A stretch of DNA of 54,176 nucleotides from a virus (IMGVR_UViG_3300022666_000227:1-54176); one strand, 5' to 3'; shown: positions 10,288 through 20,771, numbered from the stretch's first letter. Notes: generated by a model not told the origin, from the sequence alone. Numbers and translations: made by a program.

Positions 10288-11277
10288 ATGGCAAGAGAAT
10301 TTATAGATGGATTTGAGACAGGGAGCATGCACCTATGGGACTATGCCTCTGTAGGATGGCAAATAAGAGAAGCGTTAAATATGGCAGGGGGTTCATACTG
10401 TGCATGGAGTGATGACGGGAGTCTTGCATATAAAAACTTAACCTCAAGAACTGAGTATTATGGTGCGATGAAGTTTAAAAGACAATGGACAAATGGTACA
10501 GAACCAGTGCTTTTAAAATTTGCAAATAACTCTACAATATTAGCAACAATAACTGCATCACTATCAGATCCAGGACTTATTAAGATTTATAGAGGAGACT
10601 CTACAAACCTAATTGCGACAGGAAGTATTCCTACGCCAATTACAACCTCATTTATATTAGAATGGAATTATAAGCCAGCAACAGATGCAACTGGAAAGTT
10701 TATATTAAAAATAAATGGAGCTATTGACCCTAATCTTAATCTGACAAACATACAGACATCAAACAATGCATTAAATATAAATAGAGTATATATTGGATTT
10801 AGGAATTCAAGTTCTTGGGATGATTTTGTTATAGATTCTTCCGAATGGGTAGGAACAACAAAAATAGCTGCACTTACTCCAGTATCAGATGGGAATAGTA
10901 CACAATTTACACCATCCGTAAGTGGCTCTTCTCATTATTCTCTTGTTGATGAAATAGGACCATCCGATACAGATTATGTTTATACAAACTCTGCAGACGT
11001 AATAGATACATATGCTATATCAAACCTACCATCTGATGCAAGTATTATAAAAAGTGTTGTAGCATGCCTTAGGGGTAAATATGATGGAGTCCCAACTCCA
11101 ACAAAGATAGCTCCAGTGTTTAGAATAAATGGGACAGACTATGCTGGAAGCGATATTCCAATGACATCAGTATCTGCAACATATTACCAGATATATAGTA
11201 CAAGTCCAGCAACAAGTAATCCATTCACGGTTAATGAAGTTAACAGCTTAGAAAGTGGAATTAAGGCGAGAGTATAA
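10288..11277 (+). CDS. putative receptor-binding/adhesin protein (ConA/LamG-like N-domain), paralog A
   Basis: Starts MAREFIDGFETG; LKINGAID...WDDFVID lectin-like pattern; paralogous to next gene. Confidence 0.55.
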   Translation: MAREFIDGFETGSMHLWDYASVGWQIREALNMAGGSYCAWSDDGSLAYKNLTSRTEYYGAMKFKRQWTNGTEPVLLKFANNSTILATITASLSDPGLIKIYRGDSTNLIATGSIPTPITTSFILEWNYKPATDATGKFILKINGAIDPNLNLTNIQTSNNALNINRVYIGFRNSSSWDDFVIDSSEWVGTTKIAALTPVSDGNSTQFTPSVSGSSHYSLVDEIGPSDTDYVYTNSADVIDTYAISNLPSDASIIKSVVACLRGKYDGVPTPTKIAPVFRINGTDYAGSDIPMTSVSATYYQIYSTSPATSNPFTVNEVNSLESGIKARV

Positions 11278-12260
11278 TGAGAGAATTTATAGACGGTTTT
11301 GAAACTGGAAATTTTAGCCTTTGGGATGCTCGGGATGGTTATAATGACAATATCTCTATTGTTGCTGGATTTACGTCTGCAGGCGGAAGCAAGGCTCTCT
11401 ACCTGCAATCTCCTGGTAGATATCTTCAAAAGTATTTGACAGCAAGGGATGAATATTATGTTGCTTTTCTTTATAAGTTTAATGTATTAGATACCGCTGG
11501 TAACTTCTTTAACTTCATGAATGGCTCTACAATTCTTGGCTCATTATATCATGGCTATAATGCAACTGTATTGACTGCAACAAAAGGCCCTTCATTCACT
11601 TCATTAGGTGTAGGTACAAAACAGTTTACTTCTGGACAAGAACTTTTAATTGAAATAAATTATAAACCTGCAACTGATGCTACAGGTAAATTTATTGTTA
11701 AGATCAATGGAATTATTGATTTGAATTTGACAAATATCATAAGTGCAAGTAATGCACTCCAAATTGATAGAATTCAAATTGGAGGAAATGTTCATAATAC
11801 AGCTTGTGATAATATAATAGTTGATAGTTCAGAATGGATTGGAAATACTAAAATTACAGGGGTGACGCCTAGTGCATCTGGTAATTATACACAATGGACT
11901 CCATCTGCAGGAGATAATTATGATTGTGTAAATGAAATACCAGCTTCAGATACAGATTATGTCTCTACAAATACAATAGACATGATTGATACATATGCTA
12001 TGGGAAATATGCCTTCAGAGGCAGTTAGCATAAAATGTGTATCGAGTCACTTTAGAGCAAAAACAGAGGGTGCTCCCACTCCAACAAAAATAGCCCCAGT
12101 ATTTAGGATTGGGGGAACAGACTATATAGGAACAGAAAATATAATAAGCACTAGCTTCTTATCATATTCACAGGTTTGGGAAAATAATCCAGCGACCTCT
12201 TCATCTTGGGCTGTTAACGAAGTTAACAGTTTAGAAGGTGGAGTTAAATCGAGGGCATAA
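11277..12260 (+). CDS. putative receptor-binding/adhesin protein, paralog B
   Basis: Starts MREFIDGFETG; shares NYKPATDATGKFI, SDTDYV, PTPTKIAPVFRI, VNEVNSLE with paralog A. Confidence 0.55.
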   Translation: MREFIDGFETGNFSLWDARDGYNDNISIVAGFTSAGGSKALYLQSPGRYLQKYLTARDEYYVAFLYKFNVLDTAGNFFNFMNGSTILGSLYHGYNATVLTATKGPSFTSLGVGTKQFTSGQELLIEINYKPATDATGKFIVKINGIIDLNLTNIISASNALQIDRIQIGGNVHNTACDNIIVDSSEWIGNTKITGVTPSASGNYTQWTPSAGDNYDCVNEIPASDTDYVSTNTIDMIDTYAMGNMPSEAVSIKCVSSHFRAKTEGAPTPTKIAPVFRIGGTDYIGTENIISTSFLSYSQVWENNPATSSSWAVNEVNSLEGGVKSRA

Positions 12261-13258
12261 TGGCAGATCAAATTTTAATATCTCAACTAGTAGATCAAGT
12301 AGAATACCAGGGAGCATCTGGCATATATCTTTCCCAGCTAGCTGACCAGGTTGAATATCTAGGACCATCAGGCATTTATACTTCCCAGAATATATTACAG
12401 GTAGAATACAAAGCCTACCCCAATATGACCTTTACAGGTGGGATTAATCTTGAAAATACTGCAATAGACAAAGGAAGCTTGGTCGGAGGAGCCAAGCTGC
12501 TAAATAACAAGAACAAGATATCTAATCTTGTTGGCGGATTTAATTTAGCAGACTCTCCATTATTTTTAACATTAAACTACTATACTCCATCTGCAAGTGG
12601 CATATATGTAACCCTATCAGGAACAGCATATAGTGCATCAACTCTGACAATCAACGATTCATCAGATAACATAACAAGAGACAGTGATAACTGGTCTTCA
12701 GTTGTTAAGCTTATCCCATATGAAACAGCTACGTTTATAATAAAGGCAGAATTCGAAGGTATTGCACTATATAAAACTGCAAAAATATATTGCGAACCAT
12801 CTTTAAGTTTTTCTCTCAGCATAAAGCCTTCAAGAATAGTAATGACGGAACTTTTAATAGACGAAGATACCGTTATTATAGACGATCCTACAGTTTTCAC
12901 AACATCACTAAGGCCTACTATAACAAACCTAACACAGACACCATTACGTGCGAAATATGGCTATTATGATATTGAATTCTTGATTGAAGATTTAAATGTT
13001 GATGATTCATCTACTTTGGTTTTTGTTGAGGATAGAGAAACAATAACAGTTATAGATACAGAGCAATCTCTATTATATAAAATCTATTACAATATAGACT
13101 TAGCACCATTAGGGAAAGATACGGAAACTTTATTAAATGGCATAACATTTATGTACAATACATACAGCAATGATGCTGACAGAAAACAGATATATGAATA
13201 TGTCATCGATGAAAATAAATATGTTATACATAAAGCACGAAAGATGAATATCTTATAA
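12260..13258 (+). CDS. virion protein with N-terminal 3x17-aa SQxxxQVEY repeats
   Basis: ISQLVDQVEY-QGASG / LSQLADQVEY-LGPSG / TSQNILQVEY, then three (F/L)xGGxxL repeats; TAATG coupling to paralog B. Confidence 0.6.
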   Translation: MADQILISQLVDQVEYQGASGIYLSQLADQVEYLGPSGIYTSQNILQVEYKAYPNMTFTGGINLENTAIDKGSLVGGAKLLNNKNKISNLVGGFNLADSPLFLTLNYYTPSASGIYVTLSGTAYSASTLTINDSSDNITRDSDNWSSVVKLIPYETATFIIKAEFEGIALYKTAKIYCEPSLSFSLSIKPSRIVMTELLIDEDTVIIDDPTVFTTSLRPTITNLTQTPLRAKYGYYDIEFLIEDLNVDDSSTLVFVEDRETITVIDTEQSLLYKIYYNIDLAPLGKDTETLLNGITFMYNTYSNDADRKQIYEYVIDENKYVIHKARKMNIL

Positions 13259-13270
13259 AAAGGTTTAGAC

Positions 13271-15361
13271 ATGAGATTCGATTTAGAGATACATAAAGTT
13301 TCAGAATTAGATCATGAAGGACTGAAGTATATATCAGAAGTATTATATAATAATAGTGACAATACAATACTGCCAGCCTTATATGACAGGAAAACATTAT
13401 TCTACTCCTCTTTGTCAAATAGAGGAAAGATAAATACAGACTCTTTCAATAACTTCAAAGAAGTTCCAACCTACTTATTCCAATCATACATAGACAAAGA
13501 TATAAGTATTTTTGATACAGTTCCACATGCCTCTATTATTTATCCATTTTTTAATGGAGGCACATTCTATTCATGTAATAAAAAGTTTGTATGGTCAGAT
13601 CTATATATTAAGCAACCAATTTCTTATAATGAGATAGATGGATACTATAAGTTTGAGATGACAGATGATGTGATAGAGAACTCTATATCAATATACACTT
13701 TGGCATTTTTACATCCAGGATATATAGATAAGAGTAAAGAGTTTGTATTTAGAGAGTTCAGCACATCACTAAAGAATACTTTTTCAAACACAAAAGAAGA
13801 TTATTTATATACAATCTACAACAATGCCATATATTTAAATGTAAAGAAAATAGAGTATAGTGATTATATTATTGGACAATCAACTGAGACCAGTAGAGCT
13901 TTCCCATTGCCAGAATTTCCTGTTGTTGATGTATCTGTAAATGGATTTTCACAATCAGAATATACAATAATAAGTGGGCTATTAACATTTAATCAGGATA
14001 GCTCTTTGATTGCGGGAGAAACAATTAAGATCTCCTGTGTAGCAACCCCTGTTATATCGTATAAAAGATCAACTGATGTAAGATCAAATATAGTATCTTT
14101 AAATGACAGTATTACACCAAACTCACTAGGTTTTGAGAATGGTATATTATGTATTTATAACTCATACAACAATGTCAATATTCCATCTAACATAACGTTG
14201 GAGGTTGAGACTGTAAATGAATATAACAATATTTTTAAGCTTACATCAAGGCTAGAAAATAGCTTAGGCATCCCAATAAAAAATAAGAGTATTGAATTTA
14301 ATATATTAGATGAAGGCGCTCTTTTTAGTGCAACAAATAGCAACAAATTTACTGGAACAACAGCTATGAATGGAGAGGTTTCTTGTACTCTATTTAGTGA
14401 TTTTTCTAATGCTGGCATTTATATACAAAAAGAATGGGTTGATGGTACAGTTCTAACTATCCCAAAAGATATAAATATAGATAATATAGATAATGCATTT
14501 TTGTATATTGTTACAAATGACGATCCTATTCTTGGTAAGACATATTCTTATGGATATGAAGCCCCAATTACAGAATGGTATAAAGATCTAGATGTTTCAT
14601 CATACTATGTTTCAGGAAGGAAGATTGCTTACATAGAACTTGTAAATAACAACGGAAGGCTAGAGCAAAAATATTGCAAGCCAGTATCAGCAACAAAGGT
14701 AGAAAACAAGAGTATATTGTTTAGGAATTTATTTGTTGAAAAACAAGAATATACAATACTAAGCAACATAACAGACGCAACATATGATTCAGATCTAGTG
14801 ATAGATACATCAATGTATAAAAGCGGGAGTATTCCTTTTAACAGAATTCAACTATACAGTAGAGAGATTCCTGTTTGCACAGAGCTTGATTTTGGGAAGT
14901 CTATTCCAAAGACAAGTACTGTAAGTGGATACTATTTAGTTCTTAACAAGACCATAAGGGTTCAGACTACACATAAAGATGCAGAATTTTCAATATCCTC
15001 AGACATAAAAGATATTTTGATAAGGAATATCAAATCAGAATCTCCTTTCATAATTAGCGGTATAGCAATCAAAGATAGAAATACAGCACTAAATGATTTA
15101 GGATATTATACAGTATCAGACTATATACAGAATGAGTATAATCTATATCCTTGTACTTATGGATGTATTTACTCTGATGTTATTGATAAAAAGTGTAACA
15201 ATAAAAACAAAAGCTATCAAACATACTATCAGCCAGATAGCAATAATACAATGTGCATACACACACCAGAGTACGATGCAACACTTGAAGAACAAGATAG
15301 GTGTCCAGGATTAGATGCAAGAATAACAAACCCATTTGTATTACCAGTAGAAGGAGAATAA
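13271..15361 (+). CDS. large putative structural protein (Ig-like middle, Cys-rich C-terminus)
   Basis: 696 aa; begins MRFDLEI; ENSLGIPIKNKSIEF...TTAMNGEV Ig/Big-like motif. Confidence 0.5.
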   Translation: MRFDLEIHKVSELDHEGLKYISEVLYNNSDNTILPALYDRKTLFYSSLSNRGKINTDSFNNFKEVPTYLFQSYIDKDISIFDTVPHASIIYPFFNGGTFYSCNKKFVWSDLYIKQPISYNEIDGYYKFEMTDDVIENSISIYTLAFLHPGYIDKSKEFVFREFSTSLKNTFSNTKEDYLYTIYNNAIYLNVKKIEYSDYIIGQSTETSRAFPLPEFPVVDVSVNGFSQSEYTIISGLLTFNQDSSLIAGETIKISCVATPVISYKRSTDVRSNIVSLNDSITPNSLGFENGILCIYNSYNNVNIPSNITLEVETVNEYNNIFKLTSRLENSLGIPIKNKSIEFNILDEGALFSATNSNKFTGTTAMNGEVSCTLFSDFSNAGIYIQKEWVDGTVLTIPKDINIDNIDNAFLYIVTNDDPILGKTYSYGYEAPITEWYKDLDVSSYYVSGRKIAYIELVNNNGRLEQKYCKPVSATKVENKSILFRNLFVEKQEYTILSNITDATYDSDLVIDTSMYKSGSIPFNRIQLYSREIPVCTELDFGKSIPKTSTVSGYYLVLNKTIRVQTTHKDAEFSISSDIKDILIRNIKSESPFIISGIAIKDRNTALNDLGYYTVSDYIQNEYNLYPCTYGCIYSDVIDKKCNNKNKSYQTYYQPDSNNTMCIHTPEYDATLEEQDRCPGLDARITNPFVLPVEGE

Positions 15362-15364
15362 TGA

Positions 15365-16558
15365 ATGGCTTCATATATGTTTACAAAATTACTACCAAAG
15401 GATGTATCATTTGTTAGAGGAGAATCTCCTTCTCCTGACAAGCTAAATGGTATATTCAACCAACTATCATCTGCAATGTTTGTTTTAGAATCTTTCTTGG
15501 GTAACGGAATAGATTATAGAATTACAGATGATGGCGATAGAAAGATGTTGTTTAATCTATCCTCTGCAATAGGAAGGGTAGATAAATTATATAAACCCAC
15601 TAATAGACTCCCAGATTTACGAAGGATCTTTAAGAAATATGGTGGCGTATATGGTACATGGGACAGCATAAATAAAACACTAGAGTTTACAGGACCAGTT
15701 ATGACACCGGCTAATCTTGAACCAGGGGATAAGCTTGCGATGTATTATACTGGAGAACCTGTAATAAATGTAAATGGTACAGACTATCCACTGGCTGCGA
15801 AAGCTGAGTTTGGGTGGTCCACACTTAATATTACCGATAGTGTAGACTACATCATTACGGCTCCTGCATCTGGACAGTCGCTTGTTGTAAAAAGTTTTTA
15901 TATTTCAGATACCTTTGATGATGATGAGTGCTATAATACAGGTTATTCTTTGCCATTAGCTAATGCAACATACTATAGCGTAAAGACACCATGCGTATAC
16001 TCGAGCCCTTCAGCTTCAGGAAATGCTAATATATGTGCAAACAAAACATGCAATTATTGCATAGGCAATACATATAACTATGATCTAAATGACTCAATTT
16101 CATATGGATCACCTATATGTTCTGGAGCAAGGAATTTAGACAACGAGCTTATAACATATACTGCAGAAGTGGGAAATTTAAGAGCTACATACCTTACATT
16201 ACAATGTCCTCTTAATACCACAGAGAACTCATATGCCTTAAAATATAGACCATTCTCAATGCATTCAAACATTGTTGATAGTCAGATTATGCTAAATCAG
16301 TGCATGATATATGACATCAAAGACGCTGTGTCACCAGTCAAATATAACACTTATCTATATTCTGCTGGAGGAGTAGACGGTAATGTAAGAGGTGACATTT
16401 TCTATGTCACAGACAACCTAACTATTCAGGCAGGCGATAATAAAAGATATATTGTACTAGGTGGAAGCTATGGAATGATTGATCTATTATATGATATGAT
16501 TCAGTTTGTAGAGAAGCCTATTCCTCCAGTATTAAGCTCTGCTGTATATGATATTTAA
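15365..16558 (+). CDS. putative tail structural protein
   Basis: FVRGESPSPDKLN N-terminal fibre-attachment-like motif; Cys cluster. Confidence 0.5.
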   Translation: MASYMFTKLLPKDVSFVRGESPSPDKLNGIFNQLSSAMFVLESFLGNGIDYRITDDGDRKMLFNLSSAIGRVDKLYKPTNRLPDLRRIFKKYGGVYGTWDSINKTLEFTGPVMTPANLEPGDKLAMYYTGEPVINVNGTDYPLAAKAEFGWSTLNITDSVDYIITAPASGQSLVVKSFYISDTFDDDECYNTGYSLPLANATYYSVKTPCVYSSPSASGNANICANKTCNYCIGNTYNYDLNDSISYGSPICSGARNLDNELITYTAEVGNLRATYLTLQCPLNTTENSYALKYRPFSMHSNIVDSQIMLNQCMIYDIKDAVSPVKYNTYLYSAGGVDGNVRGDIFYVTDNLTIQAGDNKRYIVLGGSYGMIDLLYDMIQFVEKPIPPVLSSAVYDI

Positions 16559-16570
16559 TAGAGAGGATAT

Positions 16571-18172
16571 ATGAGATTTGATTTAGAAATACCTCAATTT
16601 AATATAGATGTATGTTTTATAAAAAATGGAGATAGTATTCCAAATGTAGCAGTACCAACCTACTACATTAAAATAAACTCTTCTGACAAAATACCTTCAG
16701 ACTATGTTACATATGATAATTATTATTCGGAAGAAGATCATCTATATAATGGGTATGAAATTAAAAACGGTCCATATTTAGATAACATAAAGTCATCTAA
16801 ATTTCTCATTACAAACATTGCTAAATTTTCCTTAGTGAGAAATACAAAGATGCCATTATTTTATAGACATTTTATCCCTGTAATAATAAAACAAGAGGGC
16901 ATAATTATAGAAGACTATTATGGGACTATTGTACCTTCAGAAGACTATCTGATAGATTACAGTGATAATGGCACATATGTATACATGAATAAGACAAGCA
17001 AAGTTCTCTTCATAAAGTATGCATTAAACAATAGTTCAAGAAAAGAGCTTTTAAACCTTTTGCCAGTTTTTGAAGAAGCAGAATGGTCTGACATTCAAGC
17101 AAATCAAATACTCAAGCCTAATAAATATATATACAGAGAAGGCGCAATAGACACATCATATAATGGAGAGTTATATATAACATACTTAAGCAATACAGGA
17201 TTGTTTAGGCCTCCTCTTGGTAACATAGACGATCCTTGGTACATTGGAATATTAAACTGTGAATTAACAATAGATGATAATATTTACAAGATACCAGAGT
17301 ATTACTTTCAGCAGATGAATGCAGACGGAAAATATAAATTTGTTGAATTTAAAAAGTGCAAAAAGATATACAACAGATATGTAAAGTCACAGTACAATAT
17401 CCATGATAAATACTATGATGACATTTATCTTTATATAAAGGATGGAAATACCAATAAGGTAAAGTATGCCTTTTCATATAATAAATCTAAAATTGGTACA
17501 ATCTACAAAGACAATATTGTTTATGGAGAGTTAAAATTCTACAATAACGATGGAGTAATAGAGAGTCCAGTTGAGATACTCGATACTGATGAGGTATTTG
17601 CCTCACATTATACAAGAGAGAATTATTATGAATATAATCTTCTTGATATAAAATCACTAAACTTAAATAGCTTTAATTATTATGCGATATATATTAAGCC
17701 AAATGTTACAGAAGGAAGATCTGTTTTCCATGCTATAATTGGTGACAGAAAAGATGAAGATGATCAAAACTTATACTTCAACTCATTTGACGAATATAAA
17801 GCATACATAGATAATGAGGATAGAAAATATTATCATGTAGGAATTTTTAATACACTATTTAAAAAAGACGATATTGCACTATTAAGTGTACTAGATCAAG
17901 ATACAGTAATGCTATCAAAAGAAGAAATAGCTAATATAAATGTAGATATGTTATATTATGATGTTTTAAATAATAAAATTAACATTCCAGCAAATGATGC
18001 AGTAATCGTTTCAATGGATACCTCAAAGCTGCAAGATAAGGGGATTATACAACAGGATAATAATGGTGTAATCGACAATAGCAGTAAAGACTATATTAGA
18101 ATACTTGAAGGTTATACAACAAGAACCTTACAAGTATCTACAAAATCTATATATGAAATAATAAAGGATTAA
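16571..18172 (+). CDS. large putative structural protein
   Basis: 533 aa; begins MRFDLEI like 13271; GAGG RBS. Confidence 0.5.
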   Translation: MRFDLEIPQFNIDVCFIKNGDSIPNVAVPTYYIKINSSDKIPSDYVTYDNYYSEEDHLYNGYEIKNGPYLDNIKSSKFLITNIAKFSLVRNTKMPLFYRHFIPVIIKQEGIIIEDYYGTIVPSEDYLIDYSDNGTYVYMNKTSKVLFIKYALNNSSRKELLNLLPVFEEAEWSDIQANQILKPNKYIYREGAIDTSYNGELYITYLSNTGLFRPPLGNIDDPWYIGILNCELTIDDNIYKIPEYYFQQMNADGKYKFVEFKKCKKIYNRYVKSQYNIHDKYYDDIYLYIKDGNTNKVKYAFSYNKSKIGTIYKDNIVYGELKFYNNDGVIESPVEILDTDEVFASHYTRENYYEYNLLDIKSLNLNSFNYYAIYIKPNVTEGRSVFHAIIGDRKDEDDQNLYFNSFDEYKAYIDNEDRKYYHVGIFNTLFKKDDIALLSVLDQDTVMLSKEEIANINVDMLYYDVLNNKINIPANDAVIVSMDTSKLQDKGIIQQDNNGVIDNSSKDYIRILEGYTTRTLQVSTKSIYEIIKD

Positions 18173-18176
18173 AGAT

Positions 18177-19106
18177 ATGACATGGACAGATGTACCAATA
18201 GTTGCTCATATAACAAGAATTAGGAAAATACATATTGATGAAATAAGAGCTGCCATAGATGGACACTTCGGAACTGGAGGATCAACCCATCCAAATGCTA
18301 CACAGTCCGTATCAGGCTTTATGTCATCTACAGACAAACAAATACTAGATGGATTAGCTATCACTGCAGGAACAATTATAGCAGTTACAGGATCTTTGCC
18401 AATTGTATCAAGTGGTGGAACTACACCAAATATATCTATATTAACAGCATCTGCATCTGGCATGGGAGCAATGAGTGCAGCGGATAAGATTAAATTAGAC
18501 TCTATAGATATGGCAGGGGTAGGAATAGGGTCTTTAAATGTAACAGCTCCTATCACATCTACTGGTGGTTCTAGCCCTACTCTTGGTATTTTACCAGCTT
18601 CTCAGTCTGCAGCTGGATCTATGAGCCTAGAAGATAAAACAAAGCTAGATAATATGGCAGCTACACCAAAGGGAACAGTGTTAATGTTTTACCCTCCTGC
18701 TCCATATGCAATAACAGATTATTTTGACCTTGGAACAGGGAGAGGAAAGTCCATTGCTCAAGGTGGAGTTGTGGACATGTCTCAGTGGAGTATTTGTAAT
18801 GGGATGAATGGTACTCCAAATCTTATAGATAGATTCCCTCTTGGAGCAGGGAACAAGGCGCTCGGAGTAACTGGTGGGGAAGCAGAGGTTAAACTAACAG
18901 AGGCTACTATGCCTACACATACCCATAGCTTAAATCATGTAAGTGCTCCAGTAGCAATGTCATTACAAATAACTTACCAAGATCAAGTTGTTCCAGCATC
19001 AGACTTACCAATAGGAGATTTCCCCGTAGAACCAGCAGGTGGAGATCAGGCACATAACAATATGCCACCATATTTAGTTCTATGGTTTATAATGAGAACA
19101 CATTAA
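18177..19106 (+). CDS. tail fibre protein with collar-like C-terminal domain
   Basis: Repeats MSxxDKxxLD and PIxSxGGxxP; WSICNGMNGTPNLIDRFPLGAG...MPTHTH...AHNNMPPY collar/tip motifs. Confidence 0.75.
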   Translation: MTWTDVPIVAHITRIRKIHIDEIRAAIDGHFGTGGSTHPNATQSVSGFMSSTDKQILDGLAITAGTIIAVTGSLPIVSSGGTTPNISILTASASGMGAMSAADKIKLDSIDMAGVGIGSLNVTAPITSTGGSSPTLGILPASQSAAGSMSLEDKTKLDNMAATPKGTVLMFYPPAPYAITDYFDLGTGRGKSIAQGGVVDMSQWSICNGMNGTPNLIDRFPLGAGNKALGVTGGEAEVKLTEATMPTHTHSLNHVSAPVAMSLQITYQDQVVPASDLPIGDFPVEPAGGDQAHNNMPPYLVLWFIMRTH

Positions 19107-19120
19107 TAGGAGAAGGATAA

Positions 19121-20473
19121 ATGGCTTCAACATCAAAATGGCAATTAGAAAAACCTATAAGAACATCTCTATATTGGGATGTACCATTAAATGCAAACTT
19201 TGACACAATAGATACGATTTTATATAAACTACGAACAAGCTTTGCAGGATCATCTCAACCAACTGAAAATTCTGACAATGGATCATTATGGTTTGATTCT
19301 TTAAGCTCAATCCTCAATGTAAAATATGCCTCAGGATATAAAGAGCTTTTAACACTAGAAAAAGCTGATGGAAGATATGTAAAACTAGGTGGTGGCGAAG
19401 GCGGAGATGATGGTGGGATAGTATTTACAGGGATACAAGACTTCTCAAATGCATCTCTTCGATGGTTTGATATAGCAACAAATAATATAGCTCATATTTA
19501 TTTTAGTGCAGCAAAGCATCTAACAATTGATTTCGGAGATACACCAGGTACAGATAAGATGGCATTTAGATGGACTGGTACAGATGGAGGATACGAAATA
19601 TTAGAATTATTTTCTAATAGGATTGTAGCAAGTAAAAATATCAACTCTCCAAATGCCACAGATGCAACTCATCTTATAACAAAAGGACAGTGTGATGCTG
19701 CATATGTTCCACTTGTAAACTATACAGCAGCAGATGTTCTTTCAAAAATAAAAACAGTAGACGGATCCACATCTGGTCTAGATGCAGATGTTGTAGATAG
19801 TTTCCATGCCTCTAAAACGCCAGCAGCAAATACTATACCGGTATCAGAAACAGATGGCAAAATAAATAATGCATGGATTAACCTAACAGGATTGGATGCA
19901 GATAAGGTTGACGGAAAACACGCATCTGAATTTCAATTAGCGATGTCTGATACAGACGTATTAAATAAGATAAAGAATGTAGATGGAACAGGCTCTGGAT
20001 TAGATGCAGATACAGTAGATGGGAAGCATGCTGATGAGTTTACTCCAGTAGGAACAGTTGTATACGTAGCATATAATACTGCACCTACAGGCTGGCTTAA
20101 GTGTAATGGAGCAGCAATAAGCAGAACCACATATGCTGACCTATTTACAAAAATAGGAACAACATTTGGAGTAGGAAATGGGTCTACAACCTTTAACTTA
20201 CCTGATCTACGTGGAGAGTTCATTAGAGGATGGGATGACGGAAGAGGCGTTGATAGTGGTCGTACATTCGGATCAGCTCAGGCTCAGGCAACTGGACCAC
20301 ATAATCACGATGTAGCATATGGAGTTGGGGGATATTATCCTACTGCATATGGTGGATATGTCCTTAACTCAAAAAATTATACTGCAACAAACCAGGCTCT
20401 AAATACTGGAACAGGTATAGGAACCGAGACGCGCCCAAGAAATATTTCGTTATTACCATGTATCAAATATTAA
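19121..20473 (+). CDS. tail fibre protein with phage tail collar domain
   Basis: Three GLDADxVD repeats; PVGTVV...APTGWLKCNGAAISRTTYADLF...FNLPDLRGEFIRGWDDGRGVD; ends ETRPRNISLLPCIKY. Confidence 0.9.
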   Translation: MASTSKWQLEKPIRTSLYWDVPLNANFDTIDTILYKLRTSFAGSSQPTENSDNGSLWFDSLSSILNVKYASGYKELLTLEKADGRYVKLGGGEGGDDGGIVFTGIQDFSNASLRWFDIATNNIAHIYFSAAKHLTIDFGDTPGTDKMAFRWTGTDGGYEILELFSNRIVASKNINSPNATDATHLITKGQCDAAYVPLVNYTAADVLSKIKTVDGSTSGLDADVVDSFHASKTPAANTIPVSETDGKINNAWINLTGLDADKVDGKHASEFQLAMSDTDVLNKIKNVDGTGSGLDADTVDGKHADEFTPVGTVVYVAYNTAPTGWLKCNGAAISRTTYADLFTKIGTTFGVGNGSTTFNLPDLRGEFIRGWDDGRGVDSGRTFGSAQAQATGPHNHDVAYGVGGYYPTAYGGYVLNSKNYTATNQALNTGTGIGTETRPRNISLLPCIKY

Positions 20474-20483
20474 AGGATTAGAT

Positions 20484-20771
20484 ATGAAGATATATAACTA
20501 TGACAAAGAAACTTTTGAGTATGTTGGAACTGAAATAGCTGACGAATCCCCACTTGAGCCAGGAACATTTTTAATCCCAGCAAATTCTACAACAATTAAA
20601 GTCCCTGCATATGACCCAAAATATATCATATGCAAATGGCATGAAGATCTACAGAGCTGGACAGTTCTTCCAAGGCAAAGAGAAAAGATAACGCTAAGAA
20701 AAATACTTATAATGATTCTCGCATTTGTGAATAAAAAGACGTACCAAGCTCTTATGTTTTTAGATAGGTGA
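20484..20771 (+). CDS. tail fibre assembly chaperone (Tfa-like), short form
   Basis: MKIYNYDKETFEYVG...DESPLEPGTFLIPANSTT N-terminus typical of Tfa; immediately after fibre gene. Confidence 0.75.
   Translation: MKIYNYDKETFEYVGTEIADESPLEPGTFLIPANSTTIKVPAYDPKYIICKWHEDLQSWTVLPRQREKITLRKILIMILAFVNKKTYQALMFLDR

Noticed and set aside
10288-12260. Diversity-generating retroelement or invertible fibre cassette
   Set aside because: No reverse transcriptase or invertase in the window; paralog differences are not adenine-specific and both copies are full genes in the same orientation
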